From: an uncultured Bacilli bacterium | GTDB lineage: Bacteria > Bacillota_I > Bacilli_A > RF39 > UBA660 | DNA length: 64,000 nucleotides | Assembly (NCBI GenBank): GCA_934086955.1 | Contig: CAKOIN010000006.1 | Location: 2,159 to 66,158, forward strand | Direction of reading: 5' to 3' | Part shown: positions 20,637-30,048 of the stretch, piece by piece | How the letters are laid out: every line of letters starts with the position of its first letter | Numbering within the stretch: position 1 is the first letter of the stretch | Made by a program: the position numbers and the translations under genes | The notes under the pieces: generated by a model | What the model was told of the DNA's origin: nothing | Seen by the model: only the letters and a program-made list of their open reading frames with translations | Databases searched by the model: none

Positions 20637-21824
20637 TTATTTAGTTAATTTAGGACAAAAAGAACTATTTATATTATCCCTATAATTTAATAAAGCAATC
20701 TTAGATACTTCAATTACCCTATTAACATCAATATTTAAAAAATTAGCTATCACATTATCACTAAAATATTGATTATTTACAAATCCAAATTTTAAGATAA
20801 TGATAATTAGTTCTTCAAAAGAAAATCCATCAAACATATTTAGTATTTCTTCTGACTTAGATAATCTTACTGCTTCTTCATAAACCTTAGAAGTAATTAC
20901 ATTCTTTTTTAATAAACTTGAATTTTTCAATAATCTCTTTATTTTCCTAACAATACTATCATGATAATATTTTGTTTGTTCAGGTGTTAACTTACTTACA
21001 TAATTAGAAGAACCATCTCCATATTTAAGAAAGATTATTTCTTTATCATAATCACTTAATTTAAAAACAGCTTCGTCAACTTCTTCTTTTGAATAAGTTG
21101 AAAATGACTCATAAATAGAATTTTTCTCATTTTTCTTTTTCTTTTTCGATAAATTCACTTTTTTATTGCTAATATCAATATAACCCTTTTGACTCAATCT
21201 AACTCCCAAATCACTTACCAATTTAGATATTTTTCTAGATAAATAAGTATGTGTCATTGAAAAAATATTAGCAATTTCAAGTTGTGTATATCTTTCACTA
21301 TCAAAAAACCCAAAATACATTGTTAATATTTTTTTATCATCATCAGGTAACTTTTCAATCTCAGATAATATAGCATCTCTAAGTTCAAAATTAATAAAAC
21401 TTTCTTCCAAATCAAAACCATCAAAAATAATTTCACCTAGTTTAAAATCACTATCAGCACAAATAATTTTATCAAAGCTATCAACACAAAAATGATTTTC
21501 TTCTAATCTCAAAAAGCCTAATATTTCATTATCAATACATTTAGAAAGATATGTAGAAAACTTAATACCACGATTGATATCAAATGTTTCAATAGCATTT
21601 AATAAACCAATATTTCCAACTTGAACTAAATCATTCTTATCAAACTCTAAATTAAAATATTTTTTATTAACATAATAAATAACAAATTTAATATTATATC
21701 TCACAATAATATCTTTAGCCTCAATATCACCATTTTTATATCTTTTAAATAATTCAATAAACTCTTCATCAGATATATACTCAGGAAAATAATAATCATT
21801 CAAAAACAAATCTCTTTTTTTCAT
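20637..21824 (-). CDS. Sigma-70 family sigma factor with long C-terminal extension
   Basis: Region 2 (DLVQVGNIGLLNAIETFD...YLSKCIDNEILGFLR) and region 4 (YTQLEIANIFSMTHTYLSRKISK), plus about 165 extra residues containing a second region-4-like segment. Confidence 0.55.
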   Translation of the reverse strand: MKKRDLFLNDYYFPEYISDEEFIELFKRYKNGDIEAKDIIVRYNIKFVIYYVNKKYFNLEFDKNDLVQVGNIGLLNAIETFDINRGIKFSTYLSKCIDNEILGFLRLEENHFCVDSFDKIICADSDFKLGEIIFDGFDLEESFINFELRDAILSEIEKLPDDDKKILTMYFGFFDSERYTQLEIANIFSMTHTYLSRKISKLVSDLGVRLSQKGYIDISNKKVNLSKKKKKNEKNSIYESFSTYSKEEVDEAVFKLSDYDKEIIFLKYGDGSSNYVSKLTPEQTKYYHDSIVRKIKRLLKNSSLLKKNVITSKVYEEAVRLSKSEEILNMFDGFSFEELIIIILKFGFVNNQYFSDNVIANFLNIDVNRVIEVSKIALLNYRDNINSSFCPKLTK

Positions 21825-21939
21825 ATTTTCAACCCCTTATATGAATAAATTTATTTAAAGTCAAAATATAATACCACATTTTTTTAAAAAGTCAAATCAA
21901 TTAAAAAAGACACTCATTTTACAAAATTCAATGAATATG

Positions 21940-22400
21940 ATATAATGTAGATGTATGGAGCATTATGCTAGTCAAACATACCACTAGAAGATGGGGCTAA
22001 AAATCCATCAATTGTGTAAAAATGATACTTTATATATTTTGCTTCTTTCGCCCAGATTGGGGTGGATATATAATTTTAGATTTAAGGAAAAGATGTAATG
22101 GCATATATCCGAATCCTTATATCAAATCGAAGAACACGAACACACATGTCGTGAGTGAATTATTGGGATAGAAATTGAAAAATAATTTGCAAAAGCGAAT
22201 AAAAGTGATTTATGTTTGTTTGGGAAAACCTCTAGTATGCCTATATTATAAGGATTGAAGTGCGGACTAAGTGGTGATCGAGTGATCATTATGGCAACAA
22301 ATGGTTAATTCTTTTAAAGAGAAATCGCCCTAGGGTAACCGAAGGTAAGAATTAGAGAAATTCAACTCGACCAAAGCCGTAAAATTAATTTATAATATTC
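21940..22400 (+). ncRNA. Candidate large structured ncRNA (OLE-RNA-like)
   Basis: About 450 nt, ORF-free and clearly GC-enriched relative to the flanks. Many local helices (GGATATAT...ATATATCC, CCCTAGGG, GATCgagtGATC). Immediately followed by a roughly 20 kDa 4-TM protein, the arrangement known for ole-oapA. Boundaries are approximate. Confidence 0.3.
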
Positions 22401-22425
22401 CATACACAAAACCAAAGGGAGTTAA

Positions 22426-22950
22426 ATGAAAAAAGATAATTGGATAATAAAGGCATTTTTAATGACTTTTTTTATAGCACTAATTTTCAGTAGTGCTTCA
22501 AATTTTATAATTGCAAAATATAACAATACAATATTACTTATACTACTATGTATTTTATTTATTGGCATAGGAATATTATTTGATATAATTGGAACAGCAG
22601 TATTAACTGCAAATGAAGCATCATTTCATGCTAAAAGTTCTAAAAAAATAAAAGGTTCTAAAGAAGCTGTAAGATTAATAAAAAATTCAAGTACAATTGC
22701 AAGTATATGTAATGATGTTATTGGAGATATATGTGGAATAGTTAGTGGTTCAGTAGGAGCTATGCTTGCTATTAATATATCAGTAAAATTTGATTTATCA
22801 ACAATAATTGTAACATTATTAACAAGTTCAATAATATCTTCACTAACAGTTGGAGGTAAAGCAATTGGTAAAAAATATGCAATTAAAAAAAGCGATACAA
22901 TAATATTTGTAGTAGCAAAAATATTAAATAAATTAAAAATAGAGAAATAA
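22426..22950 (+). CDS. Four-TM small membrane protein, possible OapA (OLE-associated protein A)
   Basis: 174 aa with 4 predicted TM helices. Lies directly downstream of the structured non-coding segment. Confidence 0.3.
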   Translation: MKKDNWIIKAFLMTFFIALIFSSASNFIIAKYNNTILLILLCILFIGIGILFDIIGTAVLTANEASFHAKSSKKIKGSKEAVRLIKNSSTIASICNDVIGDICGIVSGSVGAMLAINISVKFDLSTIIVTLLTSSIISSLTVGGKAIGKKYAIKKSDTIIFVVAKILNKLKIEK

Positions 22951-22957
22951 CTTTTCT

Positions 22958-23209
22958 CTATTTTTTTTGATTTAATCTTTCAGTAAATAAATTACCAACA
23001 GTTTCTAATACTTGAACATTATCAATATCAACTAAGATAATATTACCATTTATATCTTTCTTACCTTCAACAATTATATAATTATTAGTTATGCCTTCTT
23101 TTTCATTATCTACTTGAAGCCCCATAAGATAATTTTTTCCTTCATATGACATTTCATCTAATACATAATATTCAAGGCCATTATCTAATGTTATTACTTT
23201 ATCTATCAC
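22958..23209 (-). CDS. DUF1292-like small acidic protein
   Basis: The pattern ITL.DNG.E..YVLDE...EGKNYL....D.E.EG...VEG..D.NGNIILVD resembles the YrzB/DUF1292 family. Confidence 0.4.
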   Translation of the reverse strand: MIDKVITLDNGLEYYVLDEMSYEGKNYLMGLQVDNEKEGITNNYIIVEGKKDINGNIILVDIDNVQVLETVGNLFTERLNQKK

Positions 23210-24828
23210 AATGTAGGTCCTCCCATTCCACTAACTAATTCACTAGCTGAAATCCAAGCTTGATCTTTTCCTGCTTTATCCATTACAGAAACTGCTACAC
23301 TACTTGGATCTATACCATTTGCAGCACAGAATTCTTCAATTGATAAACCGTTAGTATTTATAACTTGACCTATTGATCCATCTGGATTAACTGCGGCAAA
23401 TCTTCCAAAAATCGAATCACCATTTACATATTGAGATAATAATGGTTTAGTTTCAATTCCCATAACAGCTCTATCAGAACTAATATGACCAACACTTACA
23501 TTATAGTCTCCTACTTCACTACCTATTCTAATACCATCATACTGAGAAACTGGATCTACAGCTGAAGTTGGTTGAGGTGTAGTTACTGTTGGAGTTGGTT
23601 GAGGCGGAGTTACCGTTGGATTTGGATTAGTAATATTAGGTGCAGGTTCTGGATTTGGAGTTGGCTCTACTGCGGCTGGGGTTGCTGCATTATGAGCTTG
23701 AATCAAATTATGAACAGTACTTGCAACAGTAAGAGTTCCACCAGTAATAATCGCAGAATTAATCATCCAAGACATATCTCTTAGACCTTCTTCTGTCCTA
23801 AACTTATTCTTAACCCTATCAACTAAACCTTTTAATCCAGGTCTAGGTTCAACAACAGTATTTATTTTACTTTGCAATCCAAGTCGATTCAACTCAGCTA
23901 TTTCTTTTCTTCTTTTATTAATGAATTTGTTAGCTATACCACCTGCAAGTGACATAACACCTACACCAAGTGGACCAGCTGTAAAGAATACAGCAGCACC
24001 AAGTCCAATACCTGCTGCTACATGTAATATTGTTTTCCATGTAACTTTTGGCTTATTAGACTTAACTTTAGGTCGTTCTGGTTCATCCGGCTCTGGTTCT
24101 TCTGGACCTGGTCCATCTGGACCTTCAGGTGGGATTGGAGGAATTGGATCTCCTATATCTACAGGTCCATTACCGCCTGGACCTCCCGGGCCATCTGGAC
24201 CCTCAGGACCAGGTCCCTCTGGGCCAGGTCCATCAGGGACACCATTCCCAGGACCTTCAGGACCATCATGAGTTGGCTCAACAGGAGTTCTATCCACAGT
24301 CATATTCTTTGGTATACCACCATATTTAAGTTCTCTCATTCTTTGCATTATATGACTTTTTTCAACCATTAAATCATTAAGAGCTAATTCATTCTCTTCA
24401 ATTCTTTTTCTAGCATCTTCTTGTAATTTAGCTAATGATGCTGGCATCTCATGACCTTCAGCCATCTGTACACTAGCAATATTAGTATCCTTTTCAATAG
24501 CTTTTTCTAAATCTTTAATTTGTCTTGATACTTCTATTCTTCTTTTACCAAGTTCTAAATACTCAGCTTCCTTCTTTTCAATAATAACATTAAACTTATT
24601 AGCATTCTCATATGCTATATCAGTTATTCTATCAATTCTAGCTTTTTGTTCACTACTAAGTTCATTATCATTTTCAATTTGAAAAGCTTCATTTTTAACA
24701 TTATCAAAAATCTCAAATCTTTTTCTAAGTTCTTCAAGACCATAATATTCAATATCAAGTTCAGCCAAATCTTCTAATTCAATAGTTTCTTGCAAAACTT
24801 GTTCTAATCTATCCATTCTAACATTCAT
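23206..24828 (-). CDS. Membrane protein with coiled-coil N-domain, collagen-like Pro/Gly-rich linkers and a globular C-domain
   Basis: The GPEGPGNGVPDGPGPEGPGPEGPDGPGGPGG low-complexity tract is visible in the DNA as GGN/CCN repeats. There is one strong TM segment (ILHVAAGIGLGAAVFFTAGPLGVGV) and a second PT-rich linker. Confidence 0.4.
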   Translation of the reverse strand: MNVRMDRLEQVLQETIELEDLAELDIEYYGLEELRKRFEIFDNVKNEAFQIENDNELSSEQKARIDRITDIAYENANKFNVIIEKKEAEYLELGKRRIEVSRQIKDLEKAIEKDTNIASVQMAEGHEMPASLAKLQEDARKRIEENELALNDLMVEKSHIMQRMRELKYGGIPKNMTVDRTPVEPTHDGPEGPGNGVPDGPGPEGPGPEGPDGPGGPGGNGPVDIGDPIPPIPPEGPDGPGPEEPEPDEPERPKVKSNKPKVTWKTILHVAAGIGLGAAVFFTAGPLGVGVMSLAGGIANKFINKRRKEIAELNRLGLQSKINTVVEPRPGLKGLVDRVKNKFRTEEGLRDMSWMINSAIITGGTLTVASTVHNLIQAHNAATPAAVEPTPNPEPAPNITNPNPTVTPPQPTPTVTTPQPTSAVDPVSQYDGIRIGSEVGDYNVSVGHISSDRAVMGIETKPLLSQYVNGDSIFGRFAAVNPDGSIGQVINTNGLSIEEFCAANGIDPSSVAVSVMDKAGKDQAWISASELVSGMGGPTL

Positions 24829-24830
24829 TA

Positions 24831-25106
24831 TTAATCACCTTGCTTCTTTGAATTATTAATGGCTTCTATTTTCTTGTTCATGTTATCACTAAACACTTTT
24901 AAAACAATATCAAGTACCTCTTTATTTTTTTCTTCTACAAAACCAGTACCAACATCTTTAAAAACAACAAATTTATCAGTTGGCTCTTCTCCATCAAGCT
25001 TATTTGTAAAAAAGTAAGTAAGACCATTATACTCAGTTTTATCAATAGTAATATAGTCATTACCAGCTAATTCAAATATATCGTTTAATTTAACACTATA
25101 ATCCAT
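24831..25106 (-). CDS. Small DUF1292-like protein
   Basis: Same size and pattern class as 22958..23209. Lies at the head of the same minus-strand gene string. Confidence 0.3.
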   Translation of the reverse strand: MDYSVKLNDIFELAGNDYITIDKTEYNGLTYFFTNKLDGEEPTDKFVVFKDVGTGFVEEKNKEVLDIVLKVFSDNMNKKIEAINNSKKQGD

Positions 25107-25187
25107 ATCTACTGCTCCTTATTCTATAAAAATAATATCATATAATAAAAAATTAAGCAATTAAAAAAGTAAACATTTCTGTTTACT

Positions 25188-26999
25188 TTATCTATTGCTT
25201 CTATATCTTTCTTTTTCATCAAGAATTTTCTTTCTAAGTCTAATTGCATCAGGAGTAACTTCAACAAGTTCATCACTTTCTATAAATTCAAGAGCTTCTT
25301 CTAATGTAAATGTCTTAGATTTAGGTAATGTTATTGCTTCATCACTACCAGATGATCTTGTATTTGAAAATTCTTTATTTTTACATGGATTAACATTTAA
25401 ATCATTTTCTCTGTTATGAATACCAATAATCATACCAGCATAAACATCAGTAGATGGTTCTATTAACATAGTACCTCTATCAAGTAAGTTATAAAGAGCA
25501 TATCCAAATGACTTTCCACTTTCCATAGAAACAAGAACACCATTTTTTCTTCTAGCAATTTCACCAGCATAAGGTTTATAAGAATCAAAACTTCTAACCA
25601 TAATTCCTTCACCTTTTGTATTAGTTATAAAATTACTTCTATATCCAATTAAACCTCTTGTTGGAACTAAGAATTCAAGTCTAACATAATTATCTTCTGC
25701 AGGTTCCATTAATTCCATATTACCTTTTCTTTCACTTAAATCACTTATTATAGTTCCAGAATAATCATTAGGTACATTAATAACAACTCTTTCAAATGGT
25801 TCACACTTAACACCATCTATTTCATGGAAGATAACCTCTGGTTTAGAAACACTAAGTTCATATCCTTCTCTTCTCATATTTTCAATTAATATAGATAAAT
25901 GTAATTCACCACGACCAGATACTTTAAATCCATCATTTGAAGGTAATTCTTCAACTTCAAGACCAACATTTCTTTCAAGTTCTGCATGTAATCTATCTCT
26001 TAAATGTCTAGATGTTACATATTTACCAACTTTACCAGCAAATGGACTACTATTAACTAAAAAGTTCATTGATAGAGTTGGTTTTTCTATTTCTATTTTT
26101 GGTAATGGATTAACATTATTAACATCACAAATTGTATCTCCAATTGATATTTCAGGACAACCAGCAACAGTAACTATATCACCAAAATATGCCTCTGTTA
26201 CTTCTTTTCTCTTAATTCCTTCATTAACAAACATCTTACTAATTCTCTCTTTTGTTAATGTTCCATCATTCTTAGATATAGCAACAGTTTCTCCAACTTT
26301 AATTTTACCTTTATTAATTCTACCTATACCAAGTCTTCCGATATAATCATCATAATCAAGTGAAGAAATTTGGAATTGAAGCGGATCATCAACATTTCCT
26401 TCAAATGGTTGAGTAGTTTCAATAATAGTATCAAGTAATGGAGTTATATCATTATTACCATCATTTTCTTCATATCTGGCAACTCCTTCTTTTGCTATAC
26501 CATAAATAATTTTAAAATCTAATTGTTCATTAGTTGCACCAAGTTCACAGAATAAGTCAAAAGTCATATTAACAACTTCTTCTGCTCTAGCATCCTTTTT
26601 ATCAATCTTATTAATAAATAGAATTGGTCTAAGTCCATTTTGTAATGCTTCTTTTAATACAAATCTAGTTTGAGGCATAGGTCCTTCTGCAGAATCTACT
26701 AATAATACAACTGTATCAACTGTCTTTATAATTCTTTCTATTTCACTAGAAAAATCAGCATGACCAGGAGTATCAACAATATTCATCTTGTATCCTTTAT
26801 ATCTAATAGAACAGTTTTTAGCTGTAATAGTGATACCTCTTTCTCTTTCTAAATCTCCACTATCCATTACACAATCAACAACTTGTTCATTGTCCCTGAA
26901 TACACCGTTTTGTTTAAGTAATGCATCTACTAATGTACTCTTTCCTGCATCTACATGAGCAACAACAGCAAAATTAATAATTTTATCCATAAATAACAT
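25188..26999 (-). CDS. typA: Translational GTPase TypA/BipA
   Basis: G1 AHVDAGKST, G3 DTPGHADF, and overall colinearity with BipA. Confidence 0.9.
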   Translation of the reverse strand: MLFMDKIINFAVVAHVDAGKSTLVDALLKQNGVFRDNEQVVDCVMDSGDLERERGITITAKNCSIRYKGYKMNIVDTPGHADFSSEIERIIKTVDTVVLLVDSAEGPMPQTRFVLKEALQNGLRPILFINKIDKKDARAEEVVNMTFDLFCELGATNEQLDFKIIYGIAKEGVARYEENDGNNDITPLLDTIIETTQPFEGNVDDPLQFQISSLDYDDYIGRLGIGRINKGKIKVGETVAISKNDGTLTKERISKMFVNEGIKRKEVTEAYFGDIVTVAGCPEISIGDTICDVNNVNPLPKIEIEKPTLSMNFLVNSSPFAGKVGKYVTSRHLRDRLHAELERNVGLEVEELPSNDGFKVSGRGELHLSILIENMRREGYELSVSKPEVIFHEIDGVKCEPFERVVINVPNDYSGTIISDLSERKGNMELMEPAEDNYVRLEFLVPTRGLIGYRSNFITNTKGEGIMVRSFDSYKPYAGEIARRKNGVLVSMESGKSFGYALYNLLDRGTMLIEPSTDVYAGMIIGIHNRENDLNVNPCKNKEFSNTRSSGSDEAITLPKSKTFTLEEALEFIESDELVEVTPDAIRLRKKILDEKERYRSNR

Positions 27000-27152
27000 C
27001 CCCTTTTGGCACCTATAAATAATACACTATTTTTACGATATTTTCAAGAAAAATTTAAATTTTTTTAAATTATCACTGACAATAATAAATTATCATTTAA
27101 AGTAAATGGTTAAAAAAATTAAATAATGGCAAAATATTACTAGGAGATAAAT

Positions 27153-27413
27153 ATGGAAAATGCAAGCATATTTAAAGAAGAAAAAGATCTTTACACTATT
27201 ATTGGAAAAAATATTAGATACTATAGAAAATTATACAGTCTCAATAAAAAAGAGATGACACAAGAAGCACTCGCAGAACTGGCTAATGTTTCTACATCTC
27301 TTATAGGAAACCTTGAAAGCAAAAAAACTACACAAGGTATAAGTATATATAATTTATATAAAATAAGTAAAATATTAAATGTACCTATTGAATATTTTTT
27401 TATTGATCGATAG
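27153..27413 (+). CDS. XRE-family HTH transcriptional regulator (paralog 1)
   Basis: Cro/C1-type HTH: MTQEALAELANVSTSLIGNLE...ISIYNLYKISKILNV. Confidence 0.6.
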   Translation: MENASIFKEEKDLYTIIGKNIRYYRKLYSLNKKEMTQEALAELANVSTSLIGNLESKKTTQGISIYNLYKISKILNVPIEYFFIDR

Positions 27414-27678
27414 TAATCTTTTCAAAGAATTTATCAATTGAAACTCCAAGTACAATAGATATTTTATAAAGTGATAATAAAGACAATCCTTCACTTCCTT
27501 TTGTACTTTCAAATTTTCTAATAAACTCTGGAGATAGACCAATATCAACAGCCAATTGTTCTTGTGTTATACCATTAATTTTTCTATATTTAATTACATT
27601 ATAAGCAATTGTTTCAATAATATTATCATCAAAATCAAAATTTCTTTTAAATTTAGTCATAAAATCACCTAAATACAT
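27400..27678 (-). CDS. XRE-family HTH transcriptional regulator (paralog 2)
   Basis: ITQEQLAVDIGLSPEFIRKFE...LSLLSLYKISIVLGV. Its 3' end overlaps paralog 1 by 14 nt. Confidence 0.6.
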   Translation of the reverse strand: MYLGDFMTKFKRNFDFDDNIIETIAYNVIKYRKINGITQEQLAVDIGLSPEFIRKFESTKGSEGLSLLSLYKISIVLGVSIDKFFEKITIDQ

Positions 27679-27759
27679 TTTATATTATTTAATAAATAAA
27701 TTATGTAATGTTACACTATACAAAATATCTATATTATTCTATAATTAAATTAGGTGAAA

Positions 27760-28004
27760 TTATGAATCAAGATAAGTTAAATAATATAATTGGTAAAAAT
27801 ATAAAAAAATATAGATTAGCTTATAAATATGAAAAAATAACTCAAGAAAAACTAGCAGAATTAATAAATGTTTCAGTTTCACTAATAAGTAGTTTAGAAA
27901 GTAATAAAACAAAGAAAGGAATAAGTATAAATAATTTATATAAAATTTCAATAGTCTTAAATGTTCCAATCAGTAAGTTTTTTGAGGAAGATAATGAAAA
28001 ATAA
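27760..28004 (+). CDS. XRE-family HTH transcriptional regulator (paralog 3)
   Basis: ITQEKLAELINVSVSLISSLE...ISINNLYKISIVLNV. The likely start is MNQDKL, preceded by AGGTGA. The ORF-track 5' extension was discounted. Confidence 0.55.
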
Positions 28005-28527
28005 AAATGAGATATTATTAAATGAATATATAATTAATAGTTCTGATTTATATGAATTAGTAAATAATAAAGATTTTGATCTTAAAACAAAATATCTAGA
28101 TTTAACTAAAAAAATAAATCCAAAAAGTAAACTAATTCATAAGAATAATATAACATTACTTGAACTAATTATATTTAATATAGATAATTATATTTCATTT
28201 TTAAAACAAAATCTAATGATTAATCAACTTGAAATAAGATATATAGCATACTTAACTATATATGAAAATAATTACCTATTTGAAGAAAAATATTATTATG
28301 ACAATATAGAATATTTTAATAACTTGTTTAAAAAAATATTAATGAGTAAATATAATAAAAATGTTAATATCTTGTTAAAATATAAAAATATCAATATATA
28401 TGATTATGATACACTATTAGAAAAAATAAACAAAAATAAAAATAGAGCATATATATATTTTGAAGATATAAATCAAAATAATGCTCTATATTATTTAAAT
28501 ATTTATGAATATAATGATTCTATTTAA
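27994..28527 (+). CDS. Hypothetical Asn/Tyr-rich protein overlapping the XRE paralog 3 stop
   Basis: ATG at about 27994 after GAGGAAG. The overlap with the upstream XRE gene suggests an operon. No recognisable domain. Confidence 0.3.
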   Translation: MKNKNEILLNEYIINSSDLYELVNNKDFDLKTKYLDLTKKINPKSKLIHKNNITLLELIIFNIDNYISFLKQNLMINQLEIRYIAYLTIYENNYLFEEKYYYDNIEYFNNLFKKILMSKYNKNVNILLKYKNINIYDYDTLLEKINKNKNRAYIYFEDINQNNALYYLNIYEYNDSI

Positions 28528-29599
28528 CAAATATATCATTAGCACTCTTATAACAGAAAGTAACTCTATTAGTTCCTTTCTTTTTTTCTTTAATTAAATA
28601 ACCTTTCTCAACTAATTTATTTAATACTTTATTAACAGAATTAATATGTAGATTACAATCATTAACAATATCAGCAGTAGTAAAAACAATTCTTCTAAGA
28701 ATTTCTGGATATACCTTATAAATAGTACTACCACCTATTTCAGTTTTAAATTCTTCTAAATCTCTTTTATATAATTTATTTAACTTTTTAATCTTTTTAA
28801 TATTTAAATTACATTGTTCAATAATACATTGAAGCATAAATTTAACAAAATGCATAACATCATTATCTTCTGTACTAAGCATAGTAAAATATGTATTTCT
28901 TAAATTATCCATACTTTCACTAATAAATAATATTGGAGGTTCATTCTTATAAAATGAATATTGTATTGGAATAATTATTCTACCCATCTTACCATTATTA
29001 GACATATATGGATGTATCTTTTCAAACTGATAATGAGTTAAAATAGTACTAATAAATGATTCATCAGTTTTAGAATTAATATAATCACATAAATTCTTCA
29101 TAAGTGAATTAAGCTCAGTATGAACTGGTGGTATAAACGATACACTAGATCCAGCTATACCTGGTTTTAATAAATAAGTCTGAGTTTTTCTCAAATGCCC
29201 ACTACCCTTAGTAGAATTATCTTTTTTAAGACCAGTTAACAATGTTTTATTGATTTTATTAAATACATCTACTGAAAAACCATTTTTATTACTAGCTGTC
29301 AAACCAACTAATAAACTTTTTTTAATATTAGTATATAAAATAGAAGTATTACTTTTATTCATATATGTCATATAAAACATATCTTCTTTGTTAACTTTAG
29401 CATTATCAATCTTAAATGAATAAAATATATCATTAATAAATGCATTTTCTAAAAAACACTTATAATCATAAGACATATTCTTTAAATACCCTTTATATTC
29501 TCCATAAGCTTCTTTAGCTTCACATAATAAATTTAAAATATCATTTGGTATATTAATTTCATAAGGTAATTTCTTAGCTTTATATGGTTCCATAATCAT
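28520..29599 (-). CDS. Fic/Doc-family protein with divergent Fic motif and C-terminal winged-helix
   Basis: HPYMSNNGKMGR aligns to HPFx[DE]GNGRxxR with His retained. C-terminal segment (LVEKGYLIKEKKKGTNRVTF) resembles a wHTH. Confidence 0.5.
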   Translation of the reverse strand: MIMEPYKAKKLPYEINIPNDILNLLCEAKEAYGEYKGYLKNMSYDYKCFLENAFINDIFYSFKIDNAKVNKEDMFYMTYMNKSNTSILYTNIKKSLLVGLTASNKNGFSVDVFNKINKTLLTGLKKDNSTKGSGHLRKTQTYLLKPGIAGSSVSFIPPVHTELNSLMKNLCDYINSKTDESFISTILTHYQFEKIHPYMSNNGKMGRIIIPIQYSFYKNEPPILFISESMDNLRNTYFTMLSTEDNDVMHFVKFMLQCIIEQCNLNIKKIKKLNKLYKRDLEEFKTEIGGSTIYKVYPEILRRIVFTTADIVNDCNLHINSVNKVLNKLVEKGYLIKEKKKGTNRVTFCYKSANDIFVK

Positions 29600-29670
29600 A
29601 TCCTCCTAACAAAATATTAACACAATTTCAAATAAAAATATACATATTTAATTAAAAATATGTATATTAA

Positions 29671-30048
29671 TTAATAAACTTTAGGAAAATCCATTAAACC
29701 TTCCGTCTTTCCTTCTCTCCAATATATTTTGTTATCTTTAACTTCAAAACTATAAGTTACTTTATATTTATAATCATCATCACTTTTTTGATAATAAAAT
29801 ACTAGTTCAGACATACCATCATTATTACTCTCAAATACAAAAGATGTATCATCATGACTTACTTCTTTTAAACTATCGTTATTTATTTCATAAGTCCAAT
29901 CTTTACTTTCATCAAGTTCTTTATAATCAATAGTGACAGTATCTTCAAATACACTTAATAGTTTATCATCAAGTTTTGGTTCATAAAACATAATACCAAC
30001 AAGTCCTACAATAGTTAAAACAAATATAATTACAAATCTCATTAACAC
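29671..30048 (-). CDS. Small secreted or membrane-anchored hypothetical protein
   Basis: N-terminal signal-anchor. No domain recognised. Confidence 0.3.
   Translation of the reverse strand: MLMRFVIIFVLTIVGLVGIMFYEPKLDDKLLSVFEDTVTIDYKELDESKDWTYEINNDSLKEVSHDDTSFVFESNNDGMSELVFYYQKSDDDYKYKVTYSFEVKDNKIYWREGKTEGLMDFPKVY

Noticed and set aside
21940-22400. RNase P RNA or tmRNA as the identity of the GC-rich non-coding block
   Set aside because: No GGAAAGUCCGG P4 sequence or AGGGUGAAA-type motifs (RNase P). No 5' GGGG...3' CCACCA tRNA-like ends or ANDENYALAA-type tag frame (tmRNA).
23572-24329. Three plus-strand ORFs (70, 116 and 66 aa), one itself Pro/Gly-rich
   Set aside because: Antisense to the collagen-like tract. 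GGN/CCN repeats stay open in several frames on both strands.
25195-25419. 74-aa plus-strand ORF
   Set aside because: Antisense within typA.
27708-27759. 5' extension of XRE paralog 3 in the ORF track (MLHYTKYLYYSIIKLGEI)
   Set aside because: No RBS. The internal MNQDKL has a perfect AGGTGA RBS and aligns with the two paralogs.
27760-27969. 69-aa minus-strand ORF
   Set aside because: Antisense to XRE paralog 3.
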